Below, in pieces: positions 51,350 through 64,000 of a stretch of 64,000 bases of DNA. The notes below the pieces were generated by a model that was not told where the DNA came from, ran no database searches, and saw only the letters and a program-made list of their open reading frames with translations. Origin of the DNA: Vicugna vicugna (taxonomy: Eukaryota); NCBI GenBank assembly GCA_013265495.1, contig MU058423.1:5624745-5688744 (forward strand), written 5' to 3'. Each line of letters opens with the position of its first letter. The stretch's first letter is position 1. A program made the translations under genes and the position numbers.

Positions 51350-52560
51350 CCATATTTATATATTTTAATATTTTATCAGAAGTAATTCATGAGTATAGTT
51401 TAAAAAGTCAAAAAGTCCTAAAGATCTTTTAAAAGAAAATGACCAGTCATTGTCCCACTCTTTACAATTCCCCAATTTCTGCTTCCTAGAAGCTGTCACT
51501 TTTCTTTCTTTTACTGTTTGTATAGTTTTTGTTTGCCCAGGAGTTAGTAACTGCCTCGTTGCTTTTATTTAATTTTCTATATACCCATCCTGTAATTATT
51601 CCTGAACTAACTTTCAGAATTTTAAATCTCTTCTTAATACATTCATGAAGATCAGGGATCTACCTTTTTTTGGGGGTGGGGGGGAATATATCTCTTAGAA
51701 GCTTCATTCTACTCCTCAAATATACACTAGTTGCTTTCTGAGTCAATTGCACAACAGCACTTCTCTATTGTGATATGTTTCATTTCTCTTATCTCCTGTC
51801 TTTTTTGTTCTTGGTTTATTCTCTCTTCTGCAGAACAACTTCTCAGCACCTTCTTAGAAAAGGGACTGTGGGATCATTGCCCACGTAAGTGTGATAATTT
51901 AGTCTGCTGTCACCTCTGGTTCTTATTTTACATCTTAAAATTTAAGTTTTAAAGTTTTAACAATTATTTTAGAAATAATTAGTTTAGCGTTATCTTAGAA
52001 ATAACTGCCTTGAAGATTTTTGAATATTTTTGTTCCTTTGCTTCTAGGATCCAGTGTTGCTTCTAAGAAATCAGATGCCACTGATTCTCAACCAATCAAC
52101 CTTTAATTCTCTTAATAGTTTCTCTCTCTCCCTCTTTTTTTATTTTGATCTTTCTATCACAATGTTTCTAAACTTGATGATGATATACTTTTTTTATAAA
52201 TCCTTTAAATTTGGAAACTTATGCTCTTTAGTTAAATTATATATATTATTTTTATATTCTAAAGTTTTCCCATTTCATTTGTTTTGACTCTTTCTAGTGC
52301 TCATATTATTTGGACATTGGCACTTTTTGATCTAATCTGCTAATTTTATTTGGTCCACTTTTTACTTTCTGGAAAGTATTCTCAAATTAAAATTTCTAAT
52401 TTCCTTTGAAATTGGAAATTTCTTCCAAATTTTTACTTAATTTTTCTTTTCTACTACCATAACTTTCAATATCTTTTCCTAAAGTTTTAATATATATTTT
52501 TATCAATTTTTATTTACATATTTCTGGTTTTGTTTTAGGGACAAATATATGCTTGTGACA
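51350..52560 (-). mobile_element. Decayed L1M/HAL1-like fragments, antisense
   Basis: T-rich sequence: gaagtaattcatgagtatagtttaaaaagtcaaaaagt...cttctaggatccagtgttgcttctaagaaatcagatgccactgattctc...ctcatattatttggacattgg. Confidence 0.55.
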
Positions 52561-52939
52561 GGGAAATGCCTACTATTGATTGAATCCTAGAGCAACATTC
52601 CAGAAAGCAGTGGGCTCCATGAATCATGCAAGATCTTCAGAGGAGCATTCTCCAGTGCTCACTTTGTCACAGAGTTCAATTGAAAAAGAAGAATTTTCCA
52701 TAAGGAGAATGTGAGTGCCAAAGAGGACATTTTAAAGTCACTTTCTTACAAATAATAGATGCAGTTGCTAACCAAGTACCTTACTACACTACCAGGATAT
52801 AACCACTTGAAATTAGGGTCTAGAAACATTTCATTTTGACAATGAACAAATCACCACTGAATTTTTCTTTCTTCCTTCTTTCTTTTTTTTTCCCCAAATG
52901 GATTTTTTTTTGTATAATTATGCTCTTTCTTATACTGTT

Positions 52940-53410
52940 CTGTATTGATTGTAAATGAATGCTGGACATGGTAGTAATAGCTATTTGTTAATAAATTGTT
53001 AGATTAGTGAGCCATGTCATACTTTTTGGGAAATACTGTGCAGGACCCAACGATCCTGTACATTGAGCTGGATGCATAAGTTGTTCAGGGTCACTGAATG
53101 GCCTCTTTGGTGAGGAAGGGGTGCATTTCATGTATGGGAAGAAGGATGCACATGAATACTTGGATGGCCAGAGGAAGACCCTTGCCAATTTAGTGACTGG
53201 ATTTCCTAGCCTTCCTGTAAGACTCATGTGTTCATGTGACTAAATGAGTGTTAACAAGGTGCAAGTGGAAAGAGGGGTGTAACTTCTAGATTGTTTCATT
53301 CAAATCAAGCCACTTGGGCTATTATTTTTGTTTTATTCTTCCCGAGTAAGAAACTGGATGTGAAAATTAACATTTATCAAGAGTTGGCTGGATTTCATCT
53401 GTGCAGCTTC
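52940..53410 (+). mobile_element. MaLR internal 3' end plus start of the 3' LTR (MLT1J-like)
   Basis: gtgcatttcatgtatgggaagaagg...atgaatacttggatggccagaggaagac resembles the MLT-int 3' end/PPT. It is followed by ttcctagccttcctg...catgtgactaa...aaggtgcaagtggaaag...aacttctag. Confidence 0.6.
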
Positions 53411-55079
53411 TAAAAAGAAGGAAAAACTGAATATAATTTTGGAATATATACAGAGATGGTAAGATATAAAGAAAAGCTGGATAATGTTTACCACAAATAT
53501 CAGACTACCCTGGTGATTAGCACTAGGGTAGAGAGAAGTGTACAGTGAGGGAGGGAATGTGAAGACGGATTCTAAGAAACTATGTTCTATTACTCAGTCA
53601 TGTTGAGGTAAAATGAGTGTTTTCTTTTTAACTAGTCTTTAAAGTTAATACGTTTTTTACAGTGTCCTTTGTGAATTACTCGACTATAAGAATAAAAAAT
53701 GATTTGACTTTCATCATTCATAAGATGTGTTATATTTGCACACATATTATACCTATCTACTGTACATCTGTATAATGCTTGACATAAGATGATATAAGAT
53801 GTGTATGAATATAACACACATATATAATATACAGCACAAAATGTACTGTGTCAGTTAGAAAGGATAAAGGATAAAGAAGCAAACATTAATTGGAAACATT
53901 CTTAACAGGCAGTTGCATTACTTAAAAAATTCAATGCTCTAAAGCTTCAATGAAGTTTGTATAAAATCAGTTTGAATCTCGCAAAGAGAGCTCCTCCTGT
54001 GAGTCACAGTGGTCTCTTGTGTAACACAGTTAGGGGAGTACCTGAGGAATAAAAGAGGCACTGCGATTAGAGATTTCTTTTAACCTGGGGAAAATACAAT
54101 TATGAAAAACCCTGTTGAAAAGCTTTCCAAAGCCCTGTGAAAGCCATAACACTCTGAACACATGGAGAGGCATTTTGCTTGCCTTCACTTAAAGTGCATG
54201 CCAGTCAAATTCTGATTCTGAGGGAGACTTGATTTTTGTTTGGCTCAGCAGGCAATTCAATTATAACACAATGTTTGCTTGAAAAGCGTTCGTTTTTATG
54301 CAGCTGTGGCCTTCTCTCATTTACAGATAGTTAGATGTAGTATTTACTTTTTGTTCCTCTGTCTATTCACAACATACACCATTTTTATGAGTTATATACT
54401 CCATGGTGTTTTATAATATAAGGTTTCTTTTTCTTCAAGTGGCAGCTTTCTTCAGTTTACAAGACACACATTAAATAAGTTGCTTTTTTGTTGCTCAAAT
54501 TCTCCCTTTGTAATGGCCATATTATTTAATGATTTTCTATGATTATGTCACAAAACATTACTATAAGTAATATAAGTGAGGTATCTAGGACAGTGTTTAA
54601 GACAGAACAGACTGGAGAGAAGGAAATTAATATTTATCTTAAGTCACTCATATCTCATCCAAAATAATCATTTAATTCTTTTCCACTTTAGAGGGGGCAA
54701 GATCACTGAGGATGCTGACCTTTCTGTTAAATCTCATGCTATAATCATTTTAACTTTGAAAGCCCTAATGATGCTGATTCTTCTCTGGAAAACAATGTAT
54801 ACATTTATTTGCCTGGATAACATCTGGGTCTAGATCAGATTAGAGTCATGAGAAAGCTAACCTAAAATTCTGACGAAGTCACAAATTGATAATGGATACA
54901 AGTGCGTAAATTTAAATTAATTTCATTATTTTTAGGTTTCCAACATATATTGAATGACACATAAAAACTTGAGTAAGCCAGTTATTGAATGTGTTTGTGG
55001 TTTTTTTCAAGAGGAAAATTTACAGATTTTCTTTCTTTTAGATTTCCATGTAATATTTTAAAGTAAGTACAGAGGCCTA

Positions 55080-58000
55080 ATGGACCTCAGCTCTCTCTAC
55101 CTGCTCAGTCTCTCTTGTCCTATACATCCTAAGAAATGAATAAAGGGATTATAAATAAAATTGCAGAAACCTTCAATATTTCTAAAAACTAGGGAAGGTC
55201 AATATGAAATACAGATAAGATGAATCTGATGGAAGACATGAGTACTAGGTTTGTATTACACCCTCTGAGAAGCAGTAATGCTAACAGACAGGAAAAGGAG
55301 AAAATTCCACGAGAAGTCAAGTACTACCCATAACATAGAAAGCAAGGTGTGCTGATGAGGATACATGGGGCACTTTGAGGGAAAGATCCCACTAGTACAC
55401 TGTTTTACTACTAGGAATCAGCCACAATTGAAATGCTAGAAATAGGAAGCCTTGGAGATTAATTAAGGAGTCACAACAGAGCTGACTCCACCCACCCCTC
55501 AACCCCCAATTTTCAGGCTAGTATCATTGATACATTCATATAAACTTACAGCAAGTGGTAGAACATTATAAATTTGAGAACAGGATTTCAAGAATTACCA
55601 AAGTAAAAAATGAGAGAAAAGGAAAATCCACTCATCCCACTAGTCAGCTGACATAGGCCAAATTGTTTGCTTTTTTTTTTTTTTTTCTGATTCAGGGAAG
55701 AAGAAACAAACAACAAAGCTAAGACTGATGAGAAGAAACCACAGCAAAGAAAAAAAAAAAGGATATAGAACTTCCTGCAGAGTGATGTTTCCTTGGAGAG
55801 CCAGAGTAATGTAAGAGAGGGATATTTTGCCTGGATGAATTACTGGTACTACCTTGATCACACAGCACCTCCAAGCATAGGCAATACCCTACTTCCTACC
55901 CCATTTGAAGGAAAATTCTTCCATATAAACCATGAACTTTAGTTACAACATTCTACTTATTCCACTTCACCCATTCATCATGTGGACTTAGAAATGTGGT
56001 GAGAGGAGACTTTAATATCCTGATGTGTTCAGAAACTTTGCTTCTATCAAGCATGACTTATAAATGGGACCATAACATCATCAGTTTCAGGAAAAACAAA
56101 ACAAAATTTAGTGTACACTGAGGGTAAAAACTCTTCACAAAACAGAACTCTGTATATATACCTTTAACTTCAAATTTATCTAATGCAGTGTTGAAACATA
56201 AGAATCAGAGAGCCTGGGGGTTTCTCTGAGGGGCAACATTGTCATGGAGGGGGAGGGAGGTGAATAAATATGGTGTGTTTGAGACCCATATATAACACTA
56301 GAGTTCTCCACCTGAACATTCAACCCACAATCTAAATACACATGAAGTAGCACAAAGTAAGGTTTAGGAATTTGCCTCTCCCCTCATATATGAATGACTA
56401 ACTATGTAATGATGTAATATATACCAAACATGATAACCTGACAGGAAGAAAGCAGATTATCTGAAAAGCACAAGCACCCTGAAGAAAGAAAACAAGTTAA
56501 ACAGCTGAATTTATATACAAAGCAGAACCACAGCTTTAAAAACAACATAATAAATATGCTCAGAATGCATAATAAAAATGCTCAAATTATAAACTTGCAG
56601 CAGGAACAAGCACTATGTGACAGAGCCAATTTAAAGTATTGTGTATAAAATTTTAATTGCTGAAATAAAGATCTCAATAAATGTATTGGATAGAAAAATG
56701 GATATGGTCATCAGATGGAATTAATGTACTGGATGATGAGGTAAAGGAACAGTCCCAAAATAATCGAGTTAGAAATGTCAGCATAAATTTTATGAGTCAC
56801 CAAATAAGAGAAAAAATAAAGGAGGATGGAAATATTTAATGATATAATAACTAGAATTTCTAATTAAACAGGAAAATGACAAGCAGGATGGATGAGGTCA
56901 AAATAAATGCACATACCTGCACAAACACACACAAACACACAATTAGAAGTCTTGTTTTGAAATTTCATAACCTCCAAGAAAACATCCCAGAAACAATTCC
57001 AGAACTACCAGAAGAGAAAAGTTCACTGACAAGAGACAGAAATCACACTGACTTCAAACTTCTCACCAGATGATATCTGAAAGCACATAAAGATATTAAT
57101 AGTTTAAAAAAAAATTTTAAATCACTGAGCATCACATTTTACATACAAGTAAACTATAATTTGAATATCTTTGTCAATTCAATAGGTTCTCAGACATACA
57201 TGCTCCCAGAAAGTTTATTGCTCGATGGTATTGTTTGATAGCACTCATAGTAGAAGTACATCTGCAAGAATAGAAATAACTCCAAGCAGAAGAACAATGA
57301 TACTGAAAGTGACAGTGAGTAAATAACTCAGGGATTTTCACTGTCTCAATAAGCAAGTGTCCAAAATGATGGCATTGGGAGTAGTCGTTAGGGGTCATAA
57401 GTAGACTCTAAGTGACTTATCTTGCTTAGAGTGAGGATATGCAGATGATCCATGAATAATGCGGGGGTTACAGGGGCTGACCTTCCTTGAAGTTGAAAAT
57501 CTGCATATAATTTATAGTCAGCCCTCCATACATATACATGGTTCTCCGGTATCTGCAGCTCTGCATCTGCAGACTGAACCAACCCAAGATAGAGTAGGAC
57601 TATCATATTTACCACTGAAAAGAATCCATGTGTAAGTAGACCTGAACAATTCAAACCCCTGCTGTTGTGGGGTCAACTGTAGTTAGTTATAAGTAGAAAT
57701 CTAAACTAACATGTAAATATAAATAATGGACAGTAATAAACTAATGACAACCAACAGACAAATAAAAGTAAGTGTATGAGTAGCAGAGAAAATGTAAGTA
57801 ATCCAAGAAAAGTTAAGAAAGGAGAAAATATAAAATTAGAAAGAATATAATATAAAACAAAGAACTAAGTTAACAGAGAGCACCTCTAAAATAATAATAA
57901 TTGCACTATACTTAAGTGAATTATAAAAAGACAAATACCAACTTATATTAAAAATAAAAAACAACTATTGACTTCATTTCTGAGAAGATACAAAAAATTA

Positions 58001-59270
58001 TATCAGCATGGATAGAATCAACACATATTTCCTTTCAGCTGATATATCAGTAAAAGGAAACCTGAAATACCTTGAAAAAATTTTACTATCAGACTAAATA
58101 TAAGTTAACTATAATTTTAAAGTTAAAGCCAGAATAAGTAATAAAGAGGTATACTATATACTAATAAAAGATATTATCAAGAACAGATAATAACCACATC
58201 ACAGCCAATTACCAAAATGTCTCTCCAGCATCCCCTTTAAATATTTTTCTCTCATGCTAAATATTTTATTCATAGTAAGTCTATTATCTTTTAACAAGCC
58301 TATCAAAAAGTTGAAAGAAACACAAAGGTGAAATAAAAAGAAATCAACATCACTATTGATAAAAGAGAAGGGCAACATCAATGCATCTAATCTCTGAGGA
58401 TGTTCTTGCTGTGGTGAAGATGATATCAGACAGAGGAAAATTAAAATTAGCTTCTTGATCATAACAAGGAGAGGTCCACAAGAAATGATCTTTTTTCCAA
58501 TTAAGTCAAGAAATAATTTATTTTAGGAATACTCACAAATGAAAAGTTTTTCTCTCAATACCAGAAAGACTAAGAAATACCAACTTGTTTACAAACAAAA
58601 TATCTTCAATGACTATAATGTGTGACAGATTCAATCCATCAACTACAAGATAAGAGAACAGCAGGAAACCAATCCAGGGTCACTCCGAAAGCCAGGTGGC
58701 AGGTTATAGAATGTGCCCAAAGTAAGTGCCAGAACCAGGAAAAGAACAGTCAATGTGGCTGTTTTGGAGATGTGATCACTGGTTTTAGAAAAGCCACAGA
58801 AAAGATATTGGTTATGTCTTTAGAAATCTAGTTTAAAACTATTGGTTGGTAAGTGGCTGTAAAAGAGAAGTCATATGAATAAACCAGAGACAATTATTGT
58901 AGAAATTGTACAGAAATTAGGTAGTAATATATAGTCTCAAGCATTGACACATGTGCTGTCCCTGGGGTGGGGTGGGATGGGGAAGCCAATTATATTGAAT
59001 TTCAGCCAAAAATAGAGACTTTTTAGTAAAACAATTGGTGGTGAATTCATTTTAATATAAACATAGAAATTATGGTTAAACATAAGAATATAAATATTAA
59101 TGCTGAAAATATAAAAATAGTAAGTAATAAATTCTGGAGAAGTGTTCTGGGAGAGTGGAGGTATAGAAATGTGGAAAGATACTGTGTTTGTTACCTTTAT
59201 TATTGAACTATAGAGTTTGTGATGACTTAAACTTTATAAGAGAACACTTTAAAGGAATGATTTTAGAATA
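55080..59270 (+). mobile_element. Decayed sense-strand L1M 5'UTR/ORF1/ORF2-start remnants
   Basis: A-rich sequence with aaataaatatgctcag, gctgaaataaagatctcaataaatg, aatcacactgacttcaaacttctc, ctatcagactaaatataag...ataaagaggtatactatatactaataaaag. Confidence 0.55.
57442..57679 (+). mobile_element. Non-autonomous Tigger2 derivative (Tigger2a_Art-like)
   Basis: cagatgatccatgaataatgcgggggttacaggggctgacc...gttgaaaatctgcatataattta...gaaaagaatccatgtgtaagtagacctgaacaattcaaacc...ggggtcaactg|TA. Degenerate TIRs. Confidence 0.85.
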
Positions 59271-60360
59271 AACATCTATAGTAAAGAAGTGTTTATTGAA
59301 AGGCTAGCGACTTTCTCATTTTTATTTTAGATTGATTTTCTTCAGCAAAATTCAACTAAAGTAAAATGGCATACTTTATTAAAATAAGCTGTAGGATGAT
59401 CTATTTTTAATTATTTATGTGTATATATCTGTTAAAAGTAATTTGACAAATATATACTAAATACTATAAGAAGCTCACATCTTTTACAGGTATTGAGGAC
59501 ATAACAGTGAATAAAATGAACAAAAGTCATTGCCTTCACCAAGTTTTGCTTAGTAGCAAGAGGCAAAATATGCATTAAAAAACTGTAGATTTAACAGTAC
59601 ACTAGAAGGTGAAGAGTACTATGTAGAAAAAGCAGGGAGGAAGGAGGCTCAGACCAGAGAAAACCGAAAGGTCAAGGACAATAATCGCAGTCGGTCAGAC
59701 CAGCTGGTGCCTGTGCAAAGTCCTGAGAAGACAGCCACAGTGAAGAGATTTCCGGGTGGTGGAAAAAGTGGATACTAGAGAGGCAACTGGGAACGGAATG
59801 AAAATAAAAGACAGAGGGGTAAGAAATGACATCTGCTCTATCCCAGGAAATAATCTTGCAAGGATAACTATTATGTTGACATTTAGATTAGTTTTGCCTA
59901 TTTTTTAACTTTATACAATAGATTCATGTGATATGTGCTCTTTTGTCTGGTTTCTTTTGCTCAATATATTATTTTGCATACTATAGTTTGTTCTTTTTTT
60001 AACTTAAGTGGTTTTTTTTTGTAATTTGTTATTACTCATCCCAATGTGAATAAGCTATAATTTGCATTCTAATATTGATACACCTTTGTACATTTGAGAG
60101 CTTTCTAGTTACTAGTGAAGCAATTATGCATATGTGTACGCATATCTTTTGGTACATATATGCTTGCATCCCTATTAGATATATACGTACGAGAGGACTT
60201 GCAGTGTCATAGTATATACATAATTCAGCTTTATTAGACACAGTCAAAGCATTTGGGAAAATAGCTGTGCCCATTTATACTCCCACCAGGAAACCGAGAA
60301 TTTCAAAGGTTCTGCATTTTAACAGAGATGTAATTTAAATTTTCCTGACTGAAAAGGTGT

Positions 60361-60916
60361 TGTAGAGCCGGCTATAATTTATGTATGTTGGACCCTTTTC
60401 TCCCACCTCACATAAGCGGGTTCGTCTTTCTATTTGACTCTCGGTCATGGAAAACAGACGTGCTTGCTGGATTAATCTGTTAGCACATGGCTTCAACTGC
60501 ATCTTGCATTTTTGTTTCCTATCAGGACCTGGGGGCCTGGGGGGATGCCTGCAAGAACCCTATCAGCCATTCTGACACTCGTGCACGGAAGTTAATACCA
60601 CACGGGCCAAGAATCAGCCATTGCAGAACATGAGTTGGTGGATAAATATTTCTTTTCTCTTACTTCGACAGACTATGCTAAGGTGCAATCTACCTGATTT
60701 CTCAGAAGGTCCCCTAAGAATTGTTCCCATATTAGCCACAGCAATAACAGACTAATAACATATCCTTCTTTTCCTTTCCTGTTTGACACTTCCCAGGATC
60801 CTAATCATATTCTCTTAAATTTCTTCCTAAAGTAAACTACTTGCATGGCCATTGTTCTTCTTTTTCTTCTTCTTCTTCTTTTTTTTTTTTTTTAATGGAG
60901 GAACCCAAGCTGAGAG
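60361..60916 (+). mobile_element. ERVL solo LTR (LTR16-like)
   Basis: tgtagagcc...gttggtggataaatattt...ttctcagaaggtcccc...gccacagcaataac...cttcctaaagtaaactacttgcat...ggaggaacccaagctgaga. Confidence 0.75.
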
Positions 60917-60994
60917 GATTGGTTATTTAGAGATATGTGTTCAAGATTTTGTAAACTTTTACTGTTTCTTTTTTCTCATTAACTTGTAGATGTT

Positions 60995-61453
60995 CGTGGA
61001 AAGCCACAACATAGAGCCACCTAAAAGATATCCACATCAAATCTGTGGAATGTGTCAATGTTACCTTGTTTAGAGAAAAAAAGGGTCTGTGCAGATATGA
61101 TTAAGGGAAGGACGTTGAGATAAGGAGATAATTCTGGACTATCCAAGTGGGTCCTAAATCCAGTGACAAGCATCCTTATCAAACAAAGGTAGAGGGAGAT
61201 TTGAAACAGAAGACAGAGATGACAATGAGAAGACAGAGGCAGTGATCAGAGTATTGTGGTCACAGGCCAAGAGCCATCAGGACCTGGAAAGAGCAAGGAA
61301 TCTTTCTTCCCTAGAGCTGTGAAGTGAAGGTGGGGCCCTCAAAAGAACCTGATTTTGGAGTTTTGCCCTCCAGGACTGAATCAATGCATTTTTGTTCATT
61401 TAAGCCACCCAGTGTGCGGTAATTTGTTACAGAAGCCCTGGGAAACTAACACA
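60995..61453 (+). mobile_element. MaLR solo LTR (MLT1C-like)
   Basis: aagatatccacatc...aatgttaccttg...gtgcagatatgattaag...gagataattctggactatccaagtgggtcctaaatccagtgacaagcatcctta...aagccacccagtgtgcggtaatttgttacagaagccctgggaaactaacaca. Confidence 0.9.
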
Positions 61454-64000
61454 GTGCTTTTTATATATTGTGGCTATAAATTCTTTGTTGGATGTACATG
61501 TGCTAATATATTCTAAATGGTATCTTCTGATGAATGGCTGTTCATCATTTTAATTGATTCAATTACTGATCCTTTGTGGTCATTGCGTTTTGGGTTCTAT
61601 ATAAGAATTACTTGTCCATCAAAAGGTCTTTGTAATTTGCTTCTTTATTATCTTCTAGTTGCTTTATTGTTTCAACTTCAAAATTTAGATATGCCAAATA
61701 TCTCACATTGCTTTTTGTTTCTGGTGTGTGTGTGTGTATGTGAATTCAGTTATTACCATAATTGAAGAAATTTTGAAACCATTGTGCCTTTTTTCTTTGG
61801 CTGCTTTAAAAAATTCTATCTGCTTGTTCTATTTTGTTTTACTATTTATATTTGTTTAGTCTTTCTTCAAGAATTTCACATGGTTTGCCTAAATGTTTTT
61901 GTGTGTTTTGTTTGGTTCTGTTTTATTTTATTCTGTCGGTATTCGTATGGTTTCTTGAATCTGCAGCATGTTAGTTAAGTCAATTTTGAAAAACTTGTGC
62001 CAAATATCTCTTCAAGTATTACTTTTTCCTTCTCCCCTTCAAGAATTCAGATATGCTCTGCCTTTTTTTTTTTTAACTGTTTCTCATATTTTCTTAGGCC
62101 ATTTTCTGTACTTCCCATTTGGACTATTTATATATTAGTTCTGTGAAGATGAAAATTGGCAAATGCCTTGAAGAGAAAGAGGTCGAACTCCCTTCTCTGA
62201 GCTTTATTATTTATTTGAGATGGTAGCATTTTAATTTCTGTGTGACATGCATGAATGATGCCTCTCAAATAATTTCATCCAGTTCTTCTAGTTATGTCTG
62301 GTGGGAGTATTTAGTCTGATCTAACACAATCTAAAGCAAAATTACAATTTTTCAAGTGGGTATTTTTTATTGAAGTATATAGTATTGAATCTGCTTTGAA
62401 ATATGTACTGAAAGAGTATAAAGTACATAATTGTGCACAGACTTTCCACCAAATAGTCATATAACCAGCTCAGAGATTTAAAATAATTGAGAATTTCCAG
62501 CAATTCAAAATACCCTCTTGTGCTCCCTCCCTCTTACCAGTTACCCAAGAGACATAACTGTACTTCTAGCCCCATAGATTACTTTTGTTTGTTTTTGAAT
62601 TGTCGAGAAATAGAATTTATATATTTATGAACTCAGTATTATATTTGTAAGATTTATCCATATGATTGTATGTAATTCCAGATCATTAATTCTCAGTACT
62701 ATAGTGCATTCTTTTATAAATACATCACAATTTATTATTCATCCCTCTGCTAGCAGACAATTTATTTTTGCTAGTTTTTGGCTATTTTGTATAAAACTGC
62801 TATGAAAATCCTTGTATGTTTCTTTTGATGAATAATACTACACATTTCTTTTGATTCTATTTGATTACAATTCACTTAGGGGTGGATTTGTTGGGTCATA
62901 AAATATATTAATATTTATATTTAATAGTTAATAGTACCACCAGACAGGTTTCTACTGGTTGTACCAATTCTGTTGTCTCCACTTTTTCCTCTATTTCTTT
63001 GAGCAAATCAGTTAGTTACTTTAAGAACTTTGACCGCTAAATCTGATATCTAGATCACTATGTGTCATTACTATCTTTGTTTAATTTTTAATCTTGATTT
63101 TGAATGATATTTTCCTATTTTTTTGACATACTTAGTAGCTTTTGTTTGAACTCTTGAGTATCTAACAAACTGTGGGGGTTGGCCATGATATCTTTCTCCA
63201 GAGAGGTTCACCATTTCCTCTGCTAGACAACTATAACTGTAATTCAATTAGAGACTGAGCTGAATGAATTGAGAGTGGTTTGCAGTTTGACCAAATCTCT
63301 GCTTACCTCAATTATAACTCTCTGGGGATTGAAAGCTGATACCCTGCTTTGTTGACATTTACCATCCTCCTGGCCAGCAAAGACCTTATAATCCTCGTCT
63401 CTGAGGCATGCTGAGACTGTTAACAACAAAGTTTCGCTTTTCTGAAGGAGTCTGCTGGATTTTCTGTCTCCACGGAGTAGCCCCTTGCCACCCAGACTAC
63501 AGCCCAGATATCTACCCTCCTGCTCGGTGCCCATAATTGTCCCATATACTAGGGAAAATGCACCTGCAGTTTCTTCATGTTGCTGCAATTCTCCATTCTC
63601 TGGAATCTTGGGTTCTAACACTTGATGCTTCAACATTTATCAAATGAGTTTTCTTAAATTTTAAAGGTTTTAAAATTTTTTCTAAGATGGCCTCTTCTTC
63701 ATAACTGTAAGTGAAAGCTCTCCGGAATATTTTGTTCATGTTACTAAAAATTTAAATATTTAAAAAATATTGTTTGATTCCAAATTTGACACCAAGATGA
63801 TAAAAACTAAATGTCGTTCCTCCATTATCAATTAGCAATGAAGCTCATTTGCAGTAACAGAAATTTCTTTTCTCTGATCATTCTCCCACATTAAAACATA
63901 TGAATGTTATAATAGATAGACCTGGATCAAAAGCAATTGGGAGTGAGAATGATTAGACTTAATGCAGTTTATGCAAAATGGAAATATGTCATCTCATACA

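Larger units (their letters stand above)
59860..63690 (-). mobile_element. Series of old L1M fragments, antisense, interrupted by LTR16-like and MLT1C LTRs
   Basis: L1 3' ends at ~59860 (attagttttgcctattttttaactttatac) and ~62365 (ttttattgaagtatatag...tactgaaagagtataaagtac). 5'-region remnants at 61780-62320 and 63000-63690. Confidence 0.7.

Noticed and set aside
2900..63636. The 60-152 aa ORFs of the six-frame track as genes
   Set aside because: They are short, often start at non-ATG codons, are biased to F/L/I/K as expected from AT-rich DNA, and many lie inside TE remnants. None resembles a known cellular protein. Only 31591..31779 is meaningful (ERV-L gag remnant).

Overview
This is AT-rich, CpG-depleted mammalian DNA with no protein-coding exon, RNA gene or prokaryote-type system (operon, CRISPR) that I can support. 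It reads as a gene desert or the inside of a very long intron. A tRNA-derived Vic-1-type SINE and artiodactyl-type young L1 3' ends point to a camelid (alpaca/llama/camel); this is an inference from recalled repeat consensus sequences. A large part of the window is a layered fossil record of transposable elements: old L1M fragments on both strands, L2/MIR remnants, MaLR (MLT1), ERVL LTRs (MLT2, LTR16, LTR33, LTR41-like), a MER21 LTR, an ERV1 solo LTR and two Tigger2/MER8-type DNA transposon derivatives. The most informative structures are: (1) a ~300 bp near-perfect tandem duplication whose junction looks like an assembly artefact; (2) a young 5'-inverted (twin-primed) L1 with TSDs, inserted into the homologous part of an older L1; (3) a truncated ERV-L provirus that retains a readable, frameshifted gag N-terminus; (4) an unassigned GC-richer TG...CA element carrying GAS and ETS motifs; (5) several plus-strand YAG|GTAA sites resembling recursive splice sites, which may be chance. 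I found no convincing novel biological system. Subfamily names and boundaries of old repeats are approximate and come from memory, not from a database search.
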